Both the position numbers and the translations under genes were made by a program. Of a stretch of 51,733 nt of DNA, positions 18,692-27,516 are shown in pieces. Source of the stretch: a virus; UHGV virus genome UHGV-0405561. The stretch is one strand, 5' to 3'. The notes under the pieces are model-generated. The model saw only the letters and a list, made by a program, of their open reading frames with translations. It searched no databases and was not told where the DNA came from. Within the stretch, counting starts at the first letter, position 1. Every line of letters begins with the position of its first letter.

Positions 18692-18874
18692 TCATTTTTT
18701 CCCTCCTTTAGTTGGGATAGACAGCCCGTGAAACCATGCCCCGATAAAGATTGTTATGCCGCCTGAAATGCATCCGGCTTGCCAATCCTCAGGCCGGAAA
18801 AAGGCGGTTGCGATAAGAGCCACCCCCAGCATCGCAAAAATATTCGACCAGTATTTGAGCATCCTGTTCTCCAT
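18692..18874 (-). CDS. small membrane protein (60 aa)
   Basis: Two hydrophobic helices. First gene of the early leftward operon downstream of operator site A. Confidence 0.3.
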   Translation of the reverse strand: MENRMLKYWSNIFAMLGVALIATAFFRPEDWQAGCISGGITIFIGAWFHGLSIPTKGGKK

Positions 18875-19017
18875 ACTTTAAAGATAGCCATTCCGCCCGA
18901 AGTTGTCGACTCTTTTGCAGGTTGTCACCCCGTGGCCTTCGCCAGCAGCCCAGAGCCTTCAACTCCTTTGATCTGCCTCCGCTTAGGGCCAACTTGTCCC
19001 TGTTGGCAAAGACAGGA

Positions 19018-19078
19018 TTGCATAAACATTATTCATTGTCAACAAGAAAAAGAAAAAAGTTTATGCATAAAATGAACG
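19018..19078. promoter_or_regulatory. operator/promoter site A: TTGTCAAC, A-tract, TTTATGCATAAA
   Basis: AT-rich. The same architecture (TTGACAAC...AAAACTTTATGCAAA) recurs at 19441-19512 on the other side of the small regulator gene. Confidence 0.5.
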
Positions 19079-19123
19079 TAAAAAAGGGCCGTTTGGCCCT
19101 TGGTTGTATTCAGTGCGCCCCAG

Positions 19124-19408
19124 TTATTTGGGTAGCTGCTTCAATGCCGCCTTGATCACATCTGACCAAGACAGGCCCATAGCCTCGCATAAATTCACTA
19201 ACTCACCGATTTTGATCACTTGAGGCTTACGCCTGTCAGGATCGCCTTGTCCGACAAAAAGTGATTGAACTTTACCTCTTGGGGCTTTTAAATAACCAAA
19301 GGCGACAGTCCCAAGGGCTTCGTCGGTCATTCTGAGTTCTTCTTGTCTTGCCACAAGGGAAGCTCTGATTGCGGCGTCTAGCGCCTCAATGTCCTGCTTG
19401 TTGAGCAT
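19124..19408 (-). CDS. small HTH regulator (P2 C / CII-like size class, 94 aa)
   Basis: Start at MLNKQD with GGAG 8 nt upstream. Flanked on both sides by repeated operator-like sites, with a terminator hairpin at 19081-19106. Confidence 0.5.
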   Translation of the reverse strand: MLNKQDIEALDAAIRASLVARQEELRMTDEALGTVAFGYLKAPRGKVQSLFVGQGDPDRRKPQVIKIGELVNLCEAMGLSWSDVIKAALKQLPK

Positions 19409-19440
19409 GCTTTCCACTCCTTTTTCCTCCCCTTGTAGCA

Positions 19441-19512
19441 TAAATTTTATGCAAAAGGAGTTAGCATAAACTTTTTACATTGACAACGAAAAAACTTTAT
19501 GCAAATCTTACA
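19441..19512. promoter_or_regulatory. operator/promoter site B: TTTATGCAAAA, TTGACAAC, TTTATGCAAAT
   Basis: Contains a TTGACA -35-like hexamer. Three copies of TTTATGCA within 70 bp. Confidence 0.5.
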
Positions 19513-19989
19513 TCAAGAACAATACCAGCCCGTGACAATCCGTCCCGGCTTGCTCTTCGACAACCAGCCCCGAGGAACCCGCCGCCGACGCCGCGCCACC
19601 TGCCCATGCAGACCTCGCCGTCGGGGGAACAGGGGGAGGGATGCGGGATAGAATCCCACCGCGCTTGTGACGCCGTTTTCGAGCTGGGCGCGAAACCTCA
19701 AATCTCAAAAAGGATTTTGAACCTTTTTTGCGTTCTTTTTGATTTCTCGTGAAGATGTAAAAAACGGAGTCGGTTACATCATGAAACCGACTCATATACC
19801 CCGGCGGAGCCAATCCCCGCCGGGGGCGCGTCTTCCATGCGTTGCAACCATTCCGCATGGTTCGAGGCGACGGAACGTCCGCCGCCTCTTTCATGCGCCG
19901 GGCCGATCCCGGCGGTTTCCAACCTCCATACGCACATCGGAAGCGCATGGTTCGGGACCACGATGGCTCGCGGCCCCTGTCATGCGCGG

Positions 19990-20232
19990 CTACTTTTTCG
20001 CGGGCAGAAGCTGGTAGCCGAGTTCCCGCGCCATGAGTTCGAGCGGTCGGGCGTCGCCGGTGGCCTGAATGATGCCCATGAGCGTTTCTACGCCGAGTTT
20101 CGCGCCGGTGTCGCAGGGATTGGTTTCCCGGAGCAGGGTCGAGTATTTTTTGTCCACGGCCTTGGCGATGTCCTTGGCGGGCACCTTGCCTTGCGTCACG
20201 ATTTCGTGAACGGCCTCAATGACTTTGGTCAT
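19990..20232 (-). CDS. phage 186 CII-family regulator, short form (80 aa)
   Basis: KDIAKAVDKKYSTLLRETNPCDTGAKLGVETLMGIIQATGD...LELMARELGY is paralogous to the 23202-23696 protein (RAMAAEMDMAPSSLGNVLNPYADRASVKLGLEQAAFIMRRTGD...LQLLAAELGY). Confidence 0.5.
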   Translation of the reverse strand: MTKVIEAVHEIVTQGKVPAKDIAKAVDKKYSTLLRETNPCDTGAKLGVETLMGIIQATGDARPLELMARELGYQLLPAKK

Positions 20233-20408
20233 ATTGTCCTCGTGAAGGTTCGTGTTGTTTCCTGTGGTTGTCGGACGGTATCGCTCAGGTCCACCGTGGT
20301 TTCCCAACCCCAGACACCGACGCGCCCGCCGATGCCGCTGGTTCCCGCCGACCCGTCGCGGCCTGTGAGGACGGCGGGGGAGGTCCTCGCTCGTCGTGAA
20401 AAGTGTAA

Positions 20409-20457
20409 TACCAATTGGTAAAAGATAGGTCAAGAATAAAATTCCCAATAGGTAAAA
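20409..20457. promoter_or_regulatory. TACCAATTGGTA palindromic operator plus half-site CCAATAGGTAAAA
   Basis: Perfect 12-bp palindrome at 20409-20420. The same motif family recurs in the cI/cro intergenic region. Confidence 0.5.
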
Positions 20458-20554
20458 TATAGAGTAAAAAATACCACCGACACCACGAAGGCATCGGCGG
20501 TCACGCCCGGCAGGGCACAAAAAAAGCCCCTCGGATGAGGGGCGGGGAGGAAAG

Positions 20555-21154
20555 ATGGACGGCATCACTATTAAGCCACGATCCAATTCAAGTATTCGCA
20601 AGTTTAGGATAGAATCTGACCCGGAAGCTGAAATCCGATTAAACAATACATACGGATGTATTGAAGCGTTCTTGAATTTTCATGTGGAGCAAGAGGCTTT
20701 TAACAATATCCATGAAAGGCTGGATAATCTTATCATTCAGCTTTTACAACTCAGGCATGATTGTGGTGTCGATGTGACATTTGGGGAACGTGCGAAACCA
20801 AGTATATGTCACTATGGCCCCCCGTCTCAACAAAGAATACCAATTGAATCCGTGAAAGCTGTTCCAGACCCGTGGTTATATGGAATGTTTTTTCATGAGA
20901 ATGGGGATGTTCTTCTCCTTGCCGCATATGGGACGCCCAATTTGTCCATCAGGATAGCCGACAAATCCGCCCTCTTTGTTGTGGATGAAGATTTCGACAA
21001 GGCCGCCATTCTTGATCTTTTCGAGGAAATGAAGCGGATTACGAACTGGGAACCTTTTTCTGTATATAGATTGGTTCGCATCTTGGACTCGACACTTGAC
21101 TCTTTACACCGTTTTCCATCGTCTCCGCTTCTTTCTCCAAAACTTACCGGGTAA
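20555..21154 (+). CDS. hypothetical protein (199 aa) in a low-GC insert
   Basis: SD GGGGAGG, local GC clearly below the flanks. No recognisable domain. Confidence 0.5.
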   Translation: MDGITIKPRSNSSIRKFRIESDPEAEIRLNNTYGCIEAFLNFHVEQEAFNNIHERLDNLIIQLLQLRHDCGVDVTFGERAKPSICHYGPPSQQRIPIESVKAVPDPWLYGMFFHENGDVLLLAAYGTPNLSIRIADKSALFVVDEDFDKAAILDLFEEMKRITNWEPFSVYRLVRILDSTLDSLHRFPSSPLLSPKLTG

Positions 21155-21158
21155 AATG

Positions 21159-21395
21159 CTATTCGTCCAATGGAGCAATTCGATAGGTTAACACGTTCCC
21201 ACAGGCATTCGAACATGGCTCTAACCTTTCTATTGAGCCCTGTTGCTCTGGATTATGTCCACAAACTAACGGAAAAATAGAAAAATGCCCATTACATCCC
21301 GGACGAGTACATGGTGGGCTGATGTTTTGATCAGTATCCCATACCGTTGAAAGGCTCTCTTTGCCTTCTTCATGGTATTCAAGCCGTATTTTCAT
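21159..21395 (-). CDS. hypothetical protein (78 aa), Cys-rich
   Basis: Start MKIRLEYHE with a GGGGG RBS. CTRPGCNGH...CGH...CSNAC cysteines. Confidence 0.35.
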   Translation of the reverse strand: MKIRLEYHEEGKESLSTVWDTDQNISPPCTRPGCNGHFSIFPLVCGHNPEQQGSIERLEPCSNACGNVLTYRIAPLDE

Positions 21396-21429
21396 GAATT
21401 CCCCCTTCTCCCCGCCCCGGCGGGGATTT

Positions 21430-21864
21430 TCATTTGCTACATGAGGCCGCACACATCATCAGCAAAAGCCCGTCAACATCTGCGGCAAGACCGTATAGGC
21501 AACCCTCGATCATGCTGTTCATGTGATTAAACGGCGTATCCCCGCCTCGTCGGAAGTCGGTGCGGATACCAAAGATAGGAAGACCTTTGGCGTAGGCGTA
21601 CCCGATTTCCCAAGCCGTGCCGTCATCAACCTGAGTGCCGTCAAGCAAGGCGACAACGCAGGTACTGTGGTCAATGGCGTTTCGGCACATATCAAAGATA
21701 AGGGAGATCGCCCCGGGGCCAGCGGCTTTGATTTGGTCTGAGGTGAGCAAGTCTCCCGGCCAGACCACGGAGTGCCCTGCTGCGCGCAGGCGTTCGGAAA
21801 GATTACCATGCCACGCTCGTTCGGCGTCTGAGAAAAGGGGGCCAGCCTGATAGATTTTATACAT
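21430..21864 (-). CDS. nucleoside 2-deoxyribosyltransferase (NDT)-like protein (NDT/Rcl fold)
   Basis: MYKIYQAGPLF...GTAWEIGYAYAKGLPIFG matches the NDT-family N-terminal and catalytic-region signatures. Starts 15 nt after the repressor stop, so it is in the same operon. Confidence 0.6.
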   Translation of the reverse strand: MYKIYQAGPLFSDAERAWHGNLSERLRAAGHSVVWPGDLLTSDQIKAAGPGAISLIFDMCRNAIDHSTCVVALLDGTQVDDGTAWEIGYAYAKGLPIFGIRTDFRRGGDTPFNHMNSMIEGCLYGLAADVDGLLLMMCAASCSK

Positions 21865-21878
21865 GCGGCACTCCACGG

Positions 21879-22610
21879 TTATTTGCAGCTCACATCACTC
21901 CATGCCCACAAAACGCGCCCGACGACACACTTGCTCCAGTCGCCCTCGAAGTCTTCCATGAGGCTATAGACCTCCGGGGGATTTTCGGCGGCGTTGTCCG
22001 AATAGTAGGTGATACGGTAATCGCGTTTTTTCGGCTGGTGTTCGACGGCGACGCGTTTGATTTTCCCGCACCCGTCCGTATCCATCACCAGCATGATGCG
22101 CCCGGTGAAGTTGAGGACGTCCTTGTCCTGCCGGTCTACGAGTACGATGTCCTGCGGTTTGAGGGTCGGGAGCATAGATGTGGAGTGCTTGCCGATCATA
22201 ACCGCAATGAGGTCGCGTTTGTGCTGGATGCAGCGTTGATGCCGCCAGACGAGGAACCACGAGATGAGCTGCCCCTGAGGAATGATGCCGGGCCCCGCTC
22301 CGACCTCTTCGACCAGGGGCACGGCAAGGTAATCTTCATCCGGCGGGGGAGCGAGGTCTTCGCCTGCGGGGACGATTCGGGCATCAACGAAGCAAACATC
22401 CTTACTTTGGCTAGATGTGGGATTAGAAAAACTGACTCCCAGAAAGTCTAAAAGCGGCTGTATTGACGTAATTGTAGGAACTCGTTCGCCTTTTTTCCAG
22501 CGAGTGATGAGGTTGGGGTGAACATCAAGGGCCTCGGCTAGCTTCTTGGCGTTTCCACATTTTTCGATGGCTTTATCGAGCAGAGCCAAAAATTCAGCAT
22601 AAATATCCAT
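21879..22610 (-). CDS. cI: CI-like repressor (HTH plus S24 LexA-like peptidase)
   Basis: N-terminal HTH (KKLAEALDVHPNLITRWKKGERVP). C-terminal S24 domain with Ser...Lys dyad context (GKHSTSMLPTLKPQDIVLVDRQ). Confidence 0.8.
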   Translation of the reverse strand: MDIYAEFLALLDKAIEKCGNAKKLAEALDVHPNLITRWKKGERVPTITSIQPLLDFLGVSFSNPTSSQSKDVCFVDARIVPAGEDLAPPPDEDYLAVPLVEEVGAGPGIIPQGQLISWFLVWRHQRCIQHKRDLIAVMIGKHSTSMLPTLKPQDIVLVDRQDKDVLNFTGRIMLVMDTDGCGKIKRVAVEHQPKKRDYRITYYSDNAAENPPEVYSLMEDFEGDWSKCVVGRVLWAWSDVSCK

Positions 22611-22621
22611 GAGTTTACTTT

Positions 22622-22692
22622 TACCAGTTGGAAAAAAATATATCTACACACCAATAGGTAAATAGTATTGACTAGTATTTTACCTACTGGTA
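22622..22692. promoter_or_regulatory. cI/cro divergent promoter with three TACC-N4-GGTA-type operators
   Basis: TACCAGTTGG, ACCAATAGGTAAA and TACCTACTGGTA. TTGACT at 22668 and TATTCA at 22691 would make cro mRNA nearly leaderless. Confidence 0.5.
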
Positions 22693-22702
22693 TTCATGCG
22701 GT

Positions 22703-22954
22703 ATGAAAACCGACCTTCCACAGCGTAAATTTTATGGTTTCTCAGTCAAGGATGCCGCTGCACTATCTGGATTTCCATATGTAACCGTATGGAGACATTT
22801 GAATAACCAGCGGAATATAAGCCCAGAAGCAGCTATTCGCTATCACTCAACGTTGGGGGTTCCTCTTGCTGTTCTGAGGCCCGATATATGGCCTCCAACG
22901 TCCCCCAACACTCCCACCGAACCCGAAGAGGAGGCTGTCCATGAGCTGGCCTGA
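22703..22954 (+). CDS. cro: Cro-like HTH regulator
   Basis: 83 aa, divergent from cI. HTH AAALSGFPYVTVWRHLN. Confidence 0.5.
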   Translation: MKTDLPQRKFYGFSVKDAAALSGFPYVTVWRHLNNQRNISPEAAIRYHSTLGVPLAVLRPDIWPPTSPNTPTEPEEEAVHELA

Positions 22955-23201
22955 AGCATTCGTTCTTACGACACCTCTCATAGCTATGTGTGTCATCATC
23001 TGGATATTGATGCGCCACTAGCCCCTCCGCACACCGGCGGGCCACGGCTTCCGGCGTCGGGTAGTCCGCGGCGCGGTACGCCCTCCAGCGGGGGCGGGGT
23101 TCGTCGGGAATCAGGATGCGGACGCGCCACACCGGGCCGCGCAGAGTGATGAGCAGGTGAACCGTTTCCATGCCGTCAGAATAGGCGGCTGACAGTACAG
23201 G

Positions 23202-23696
23202 ATGAATGGTGAAGTCATGAACATCCCCACATACGAGCACGTCATCGAAGCCGTGCAGACGGCGGTGAAGAAGTACCCCGGCGGCGTCCGTGCGATGGCC
23301 GCCGAGATGGATATGGCGCCGTCGAGCCTCGGCAATGTCCTTAACCCCTATGCGGATCGCGCCTCGGTCAAGCTCGGGCTGGAGCAGGCCGCGTTCATCA
23401 TGCGCCGGACGGGCGACGTGTCGGCGCTCCAGCTTCTTGCGGCGGAGCTCGGCTACACGCTCCTCCCGATGCACGCAGAACCGGACAAGGATGTGAAAGG
23501 TGAACAGCTTGATGACGTTCAGCGGCTGGCCGAATTCCAACGGGCACTCAACAGCGATGCGCCGGACAAGGATCGGGTGATGACGTTTTTTGCGCTGGTT
23601 TGCGACTTGGTGGAGACGGAAACGGCAAAGCGTAAGGAGCGCGGGCAGGTCTACAGGCAGGGAAAGGGATTCGTGAACGTAGAGGATGTGCGATGA
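23202..23696 (+). CDS. phage 186 CII-family transcriptional regulator
   Basis: See the paralogue at 19990-20232. The NVLNPYAD...LGLEQAAFIMRRTGD pattern resembles 186 CII (NKLNPEQ...). Confidence 0.5.
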   Translation: MNGEVMNIPTYEHVIEAVQTAVKKYPGGVRAMAAEMDMAPSSLGNVLNPYADRASVKLGLEQAAFIMRRTGDVSALQLLAAELGYTLLPMHAEPDKDVKGEQLDDVQRLAEFQRALNSDAPDKDRVMTFFALVCDLVETETAKRKERGQVYRQGKGFVNVEDVR

Positions 23697-24469
23697 ATGG
23701 GATGCAGATTTTCGAGAAGAAAGAGTTCGGTTCCGTGCGCGTGGTCGAACACGAAGGCGAGCCGTGGTTCGTGGCGAGCGACGTGGCGAAGGCGTTGGGA
23801 TATGAGCGCCCCAACGATGCAGTGAACGCACACTGCAAAAAGATGAATAAATTCAGCTACGGCAATTCACCGCAAGGGGCCATGCCCTACAACATTATCC
23901 CCGAATCGGACGTGTACCGCCTCGTCATGCGGTCGAACCTGCCCAGCGCGGTGGAGTTTCAGGATTGGATTTGTGAGGAGGTCATCCCGTCCATTCGCAG
24001 GACGGGCGGCTACGGCGTCCCGGCGCTTCCGAACTTCAGGAATCCGGCGGAGGCGGCGCGGGCGTGGGCGGACAAGGAGGAGCAACGGCTTCTTGAAGAG
24101 CAGAAGCGTCTCGCGCTGGAGCTGAGGATGGAGGAGGTGAGGCCCAAGGTGGTCTTTGCCGAGTCCATCGAGGTCGCCAGGACGAGCATCCTCGTGGGGG
24201 AAATGGCGAAGCTCATCAAGCAGGCCACGGGCTACGACATCGGGCAGAACCGCTTTTTCGAGTGGCTTCGGAGCAGGGGCTACCTGCACAAGAGCGGATC
24301 GCAGACGAACATGCCCACGCAACGCTGCATCGACAACGGCTGGATGGAGATCAAGGAGGGCGCCCGCATCGGAAGCAGCGGGGAAAGCCACATCACCCGT
24401 ACGCCGAAGATCACGGGCAAGGGGCAGATTTACTTCATCAACCTGTTCAAGAAGCTGGTGGAACCATGA
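23693..24469 (+). CDS. Bro-N / KilAC-domain antirepressor
   Basis: N-terminal MQIFEKKEFGSVRVVEHEGEPWFVASDVAKALGY (Bro-N). The C-terminus has the ANT/KilAC pattern. Confidence 0.75.
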   Translation: MNGMQIFEKKEFGSVRVVEHEGEPWFVASDVAKALGYERPNDAVNAHCKKMNKFSYGNSPQGAMPYNIIPESDVYRLVMRSNLPSAVEFQDWICEEVIPSIRRTGGYGVPALPNFRNPAEAARAWADKEEQRLLEEQKRLALELRMEEVRPKVVFAESIEVARTSILVGEMAKLIKQATGYDIGQNRFFEWLRSRGYLHKSGSQTNMPTQRCIDNGWMEIKEGARIGSSGESHITRTPKITGKGQIYFINLFKKLVEP

Positions 24470-24783
24470 TCATCCGTTGCCGTCATCGTATCCCGTCGCC
24501 CGATGCTGCGGGGTTCACGACGCCGGAAGGACTCAGGGAGGCCGCCGCACGGTATCCGCACCTGCGACCCTGCCCGAAGCGGGGATGCCATTGGCTGTAC
24601 CGGACGGCCTGTGCGAAGTGCCGGGACAGACTTGAAGTGCCGCTTGAAGGTTACGAATCCGGACACGAAAAGGGCCCGCTGCGGGAACAACGGGCCAAAG
24701 GGGAAAAGATGATGCAAGTTCATCAAAACGTTGAAAGCAGTATGCCCGTAACCGAGTGTGCCGTCAAGGGAAAGGTGGCGTGA
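24466..24783 (+). CDS. hypothetical Cys-rich protein
   Basis: ATG overlaps the Bro stop (ATGA). 105 aa. Confidence 0.4.
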   Translation: MIIRCRHRIPSPDAAGFTTPEGLREAAARYPHLRPCPKRGCHWLYRTACAKCRDRLEVPLEGYESGHEKGPLREQRAKGEKMMQVHQNVESSMPVTECAVKGKVA

Positions 24784-25766
24784 TGAATTCCGATATTCGT
24801 TTGTCCGTGGGGTTCTGGCAACACCCGAAGACGAAGAAGACCGCCCGCAGGCTAGGGCTTGAGGGTGTTCGCTCTCTACAAATCCTTTGGCTCTGGTCTG
24901 CCCAGTACAGGCCTGACGGGAATCTTTCCGGCATGGACTGGGAGGACATTGAGCTGGCTGCGGACTGGCAGGGTGAGGAGCGGAAGTTTTTCGACACCTG
25001 TCTCGGCATGTGGATTGACGAAACCTCGGACGGCTACGTGCTGCATGACTGGCAGGAACATAACCCGTGGCAGTCAGAAGCGCTGGCTCGTTCCGAGAAA
25101 GCTCAGAAAGCTGCTCAGGCACGTTGGGGGAAAGCAAACAATCTCAACAAGCAATGCTCAACGGATGCTCAAGCGTTGCCCAAGCATGATTCGAGCAATG
25201 CCCCTCTTCCTTCTCCTTCTCCAGAAGAAAAAGACAAGAGCGTGTTTAACGCGGGCGCGCGCGTTGAACGTCCCGAGCCGGAAGAGAACCGGGCCCCCGA
25301 ATCTCAGAAGCCGGAAACGGCCTCTTCTCGGCAGCCGCCCGTGGCGTTTGACGAGTTCTTCGAGTCTTTCCCGGCACGGCACCGGGGTGGACGGAATGAA
25401 GCCGAACGCGAATGGGTAGCCCTTGAGGCCAACCGGGCCCTTCCGGGCCTGCCCCGCATTCTCGACGCTCTCGGGCAGTGGGAGGACTCGGACGCATGGA
25501 AACAACAGGGCGGCAGGTATGTTCCCTCGGCGGCGAATTTCCTCAAGCGGGAATACTGGCTGCGGAAACCTCCCGAACCTGCGGAGCAAACGGACGACGG
25601 CAAGCAGGAACGACCGCGGGCGGCTACCGTAGCGCAGCAGCGGGTACGGGACAACGACGACATGGCGAAAATGCTTTTGCAGGCAAGGAGGGCTCAACAT
25701 GCACAACCCGGACTTTACGCTTCAACTGCTGGTCAATCTGGCGCTGCACTACCCGCAGGCCGGTAG
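24783..25766 (+). CDS. replication initiation / replisome organiser protein
   Basis: N-terminal MNSDIRLSVGFWQHPKTKK...LWLWSAQYRP resembles the phage replisome organiser N-terminal domain. The ATG overlaps the upstream stop. Confidence 0.55.
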   Translation: MNSDIRLSVGFWQHPKTKKTARRLGLEGVRSLQILWLWSAQYRPDGNLSGMDWEDIELAADWQGEERKFFDTCLGMWIDETSDGYVLHDWQEHNPWQSEALARSEKAQKAAQARWGKANNLNKQCSTDAQALPKHDSSNAPLPSPSPEEKDKSVFNAGARVERPEPEENRAPESQKPETASSRQPPVAFDEFFESFPARHRGGRNEAEREWVALEANRALPGLPRILDALGQWEDSDAWKQQGGRYVPSAANFLKREYWLRKPPEPAEQTDDGKQERPRAATVAQQRVRDNDDMAKMLLQARRAQHAQPGLYASTAGQSGAALPAGR

Positions 25767-26130
25767 GACGCCCGCACAGCTCCAGATTTTGGCCGAGGAT
25801 TGGGCCGAAGACCTCGCGGAGTTCTCTCCCGACGTGGTGGAAAAGGCCGTGAAGCAGTACCGCCGTGAGTCGGCTTACTTCCCGACCGTTGCCGACATCC
25901 GGGCGCGGTGCGACGAGCTGAGGCGCGGGACGGAAGCGCGAGCGAGCGACGTACTGGCCCTGCCGGGGAAAACCCGGACGCGAGAGGAGCAGCTTGCCCT
26001 GAACAGCGACTGGTGCGCGAAGATTCTCGCCAACCTGCGCGGGAAAATGGACGCCCGGAAGCGGGGCCCGCAGGACAAGCCCCTGAGCGTGCAGCTTTCC
26101 GAACTCCGGGCGATGGGGGCGGAGCAATGA
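25699..26130 (+). CDS. hypothetical replication-associated protein
   Basis: 143-aa ORF in the replication module. Confidence 0.4.
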   Translation: MHNPDFTLQLLVNLALHYPQAGRTPAQLQILAEDWAEDLAEFSPDVVEKAVKQYRRESAYFPTVADIRARCDELRRGTEARASDVLALPGKTRTREEQLALNSDWCAKILANLRGKMDARKRGPQDKPLSVQLSELRAMGAEQ

Positions 26131-26570
26131 GCTGGAGCGTTTCCAACGAACCGTCCCCCGTCCGGCGCGCACCGGCGAAGGGGGTCCCGGCCTGTCCCAC
26201 GGAATCGCAGGAGCAGAAGGCGTTGTTCGACTGGTGGCGGGCGTATGCCCGGAACACGCCGCTGATCATGCTGCATATCCCGAACGGCGGGGCGCGCAAC
26301 GCGATCACCGGGGCGCGGATGAAGGCCGAGGGCGTCACGGCGGGCGTGCCGGACATTCTGCTGGCGGTTCCCCGGCAGGGATGCCACGGGCTGTGGATCG
26401 AGCTGAAACGCCGGAAAGGAGGCCGGGTGTCGGAAGCGCAGGAGCACGTCATGGCCCGGCTCCGGCAGGCCGGGTACCGCGTCGAGGTCTGCAAGGGCTG
26501 GTGGGAGGCGCGGGAGGTCATCGAGAACTATCTGACCGGGGCATTGCCCCAAGCGAGCATGACAGTATGA
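26127..26570 (+). CDS. VRR-NUC domain nuclease
   Basis: GVPDILLAV...GLWIELK PD-(D/E)XK core typical of VRR-NUC. Confidence 0.7.
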   Translation: MSWSVSNEPSPVRRAPAKGVPACPTESQEQKALFDWWRAYARNTPLIMLHIPNGGARNAITGARMKAEGVTAGVPDILLAVPRQGCHGLWIELKRRKGGRVSEAQEHVMARLRQAGYRVEVCKGWWEAREVIENYLTGALPQASMTV

Positions 26571-26842
26571 GCGTGGCCGTTGAAGAAGTGGAAATCATCA
26601 TCCCCGAAAGCATGGGCCGGGTGGAGGCGTTGGCGAAGGCCACGGCCGTGCTCAACCGCGTCATTGAAAGGCGGATGCGGAAGTGGCGCGCGGAACGGAA
26701 GGAGGTCGCGGTGTTCGGGCCGCGCATCGATGAGAACCCCGGTCAGCCGTACCGGACGCTGGTGTACCGCGTCGCCCGCGACAGGGGCGGCTATTCGCTG
26801 TGCAACGTCTGGAACCTGAACGCATACCGGGTCACGGCCTGA
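26567..26842 (+). CDS. hypothetical protein
   Basis: 91 aa, translationally coupled to the genes on both sides. Confidence 0.4.
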   Translation: MSVAVEEVEIIIPESMGRVEALAKATAVLNRVIERRMRKWRAERKEVAVFGPRIDENPGQPYRTLVYRVARDRGGYSLCNVWNLNAYRVTA

Positions 26843-27144
26843 TGGCGTGGCGAAAGGCGGGTGAGCTAGTGGAAGCGTTGGAAGCGGAGTTGATTCTTGG
26901 CAACGGCAGCGTGCGGTCCGGGCGCTGCCTGACGGCGGCGTTGGCGAAGCGCATGGGCGAGGCGCGGGAAAAGCATCCGGTGTTTGCGGAGGGCGAATAT
27001 CACGCGCTTGGCGTCATTGGGGAGGAGTACCGGGAGCTTGTACATGCCGTTGAGCACGAGTCCCCGGAGCGTATCCGCGACGAGGCCCTCGACGTGGCGG
27101 TGATGGCCCTGCGGCTGTGGATGGGGGAACATGAGGAGGCGTGA
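26842..27144 (+). CDS. MazG-like nucleotide pyrophosphohydrolase
   Basis: EYHALGVIGEEYRELVHAVEHES...EALDVAVMALRLW has the EEXXE-type all-alpha NTP-PPase pattern. Confidence 0.5.
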   Translation: MAWRKAGELVEALEAELILGNGSVRSGRCLTAALAKRMGEAREKHPVFAEGEYHALGVIGEEYRELVHAVEHESPERIRDEALDVAVMALRLWMGEHEEA

Positions 27145-27512
27145 TGAGCGAGACGTGGGTCAGCCGTGAGGAACTGGTCGAAGTCATGGGGGACGTCGGG
27201 GCGGTTATCTTGTGCGCGCAATACGGCGGACGGGCATGCTTCGTTCCATTCAAGCCGGAAGGCTTCCTGTTGGACTTGCTGGGAGCCCGGCGTGCGGAGC
27301 TTTTATGTACTGCTTTCGGAGGAATGCACATCGTCGTTCCCAACCTGCGCCGGGGGGAACCGTTCAAGGACCGCATCCTGTCGCGTCTGGAAGCAGGGGA
27401 GAATCCAGACGCCATCGCCGAAGCCCTTGGCGTGACCACCCGTTACGTCCGCAGGCTCAAGAAGCAGCTTCGCGAGTCGCCCGAACCACAGCGGCAATAC
27501 CGGCTATTGTAA
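27141..27512 (+). CDS. Mor/C-family late-gene transcriptional activator
   Basis: LLCTAFGGMHIVVPNLRRGEPFKDRILSRLEAGENPDAIAEALGVTTRYVRRL matches the Mor-family FGG...Y-P...R...I and C-terminal HTH pattern. The first late motif copy follows immediately downstream. Confidence 0.7.
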   Translation: MMSETWVSREELVEVMGDVGAVILCAQYGGRACFVPFKPEGFLLDLLGARRAELLCTAFGGMHIVVPNLRRGEPFKDRILSRLEAGENPDAIAEALGVTTRYVRRLKKQLRESPEPQRQYRLL

Positions 27513-27516
27513 GTCA

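Noticed and set aside
22833-23831. 332-aa minus-strand ORF
   Set aside because: Antisense to the CII-like and Bro genes. Arg-rich.
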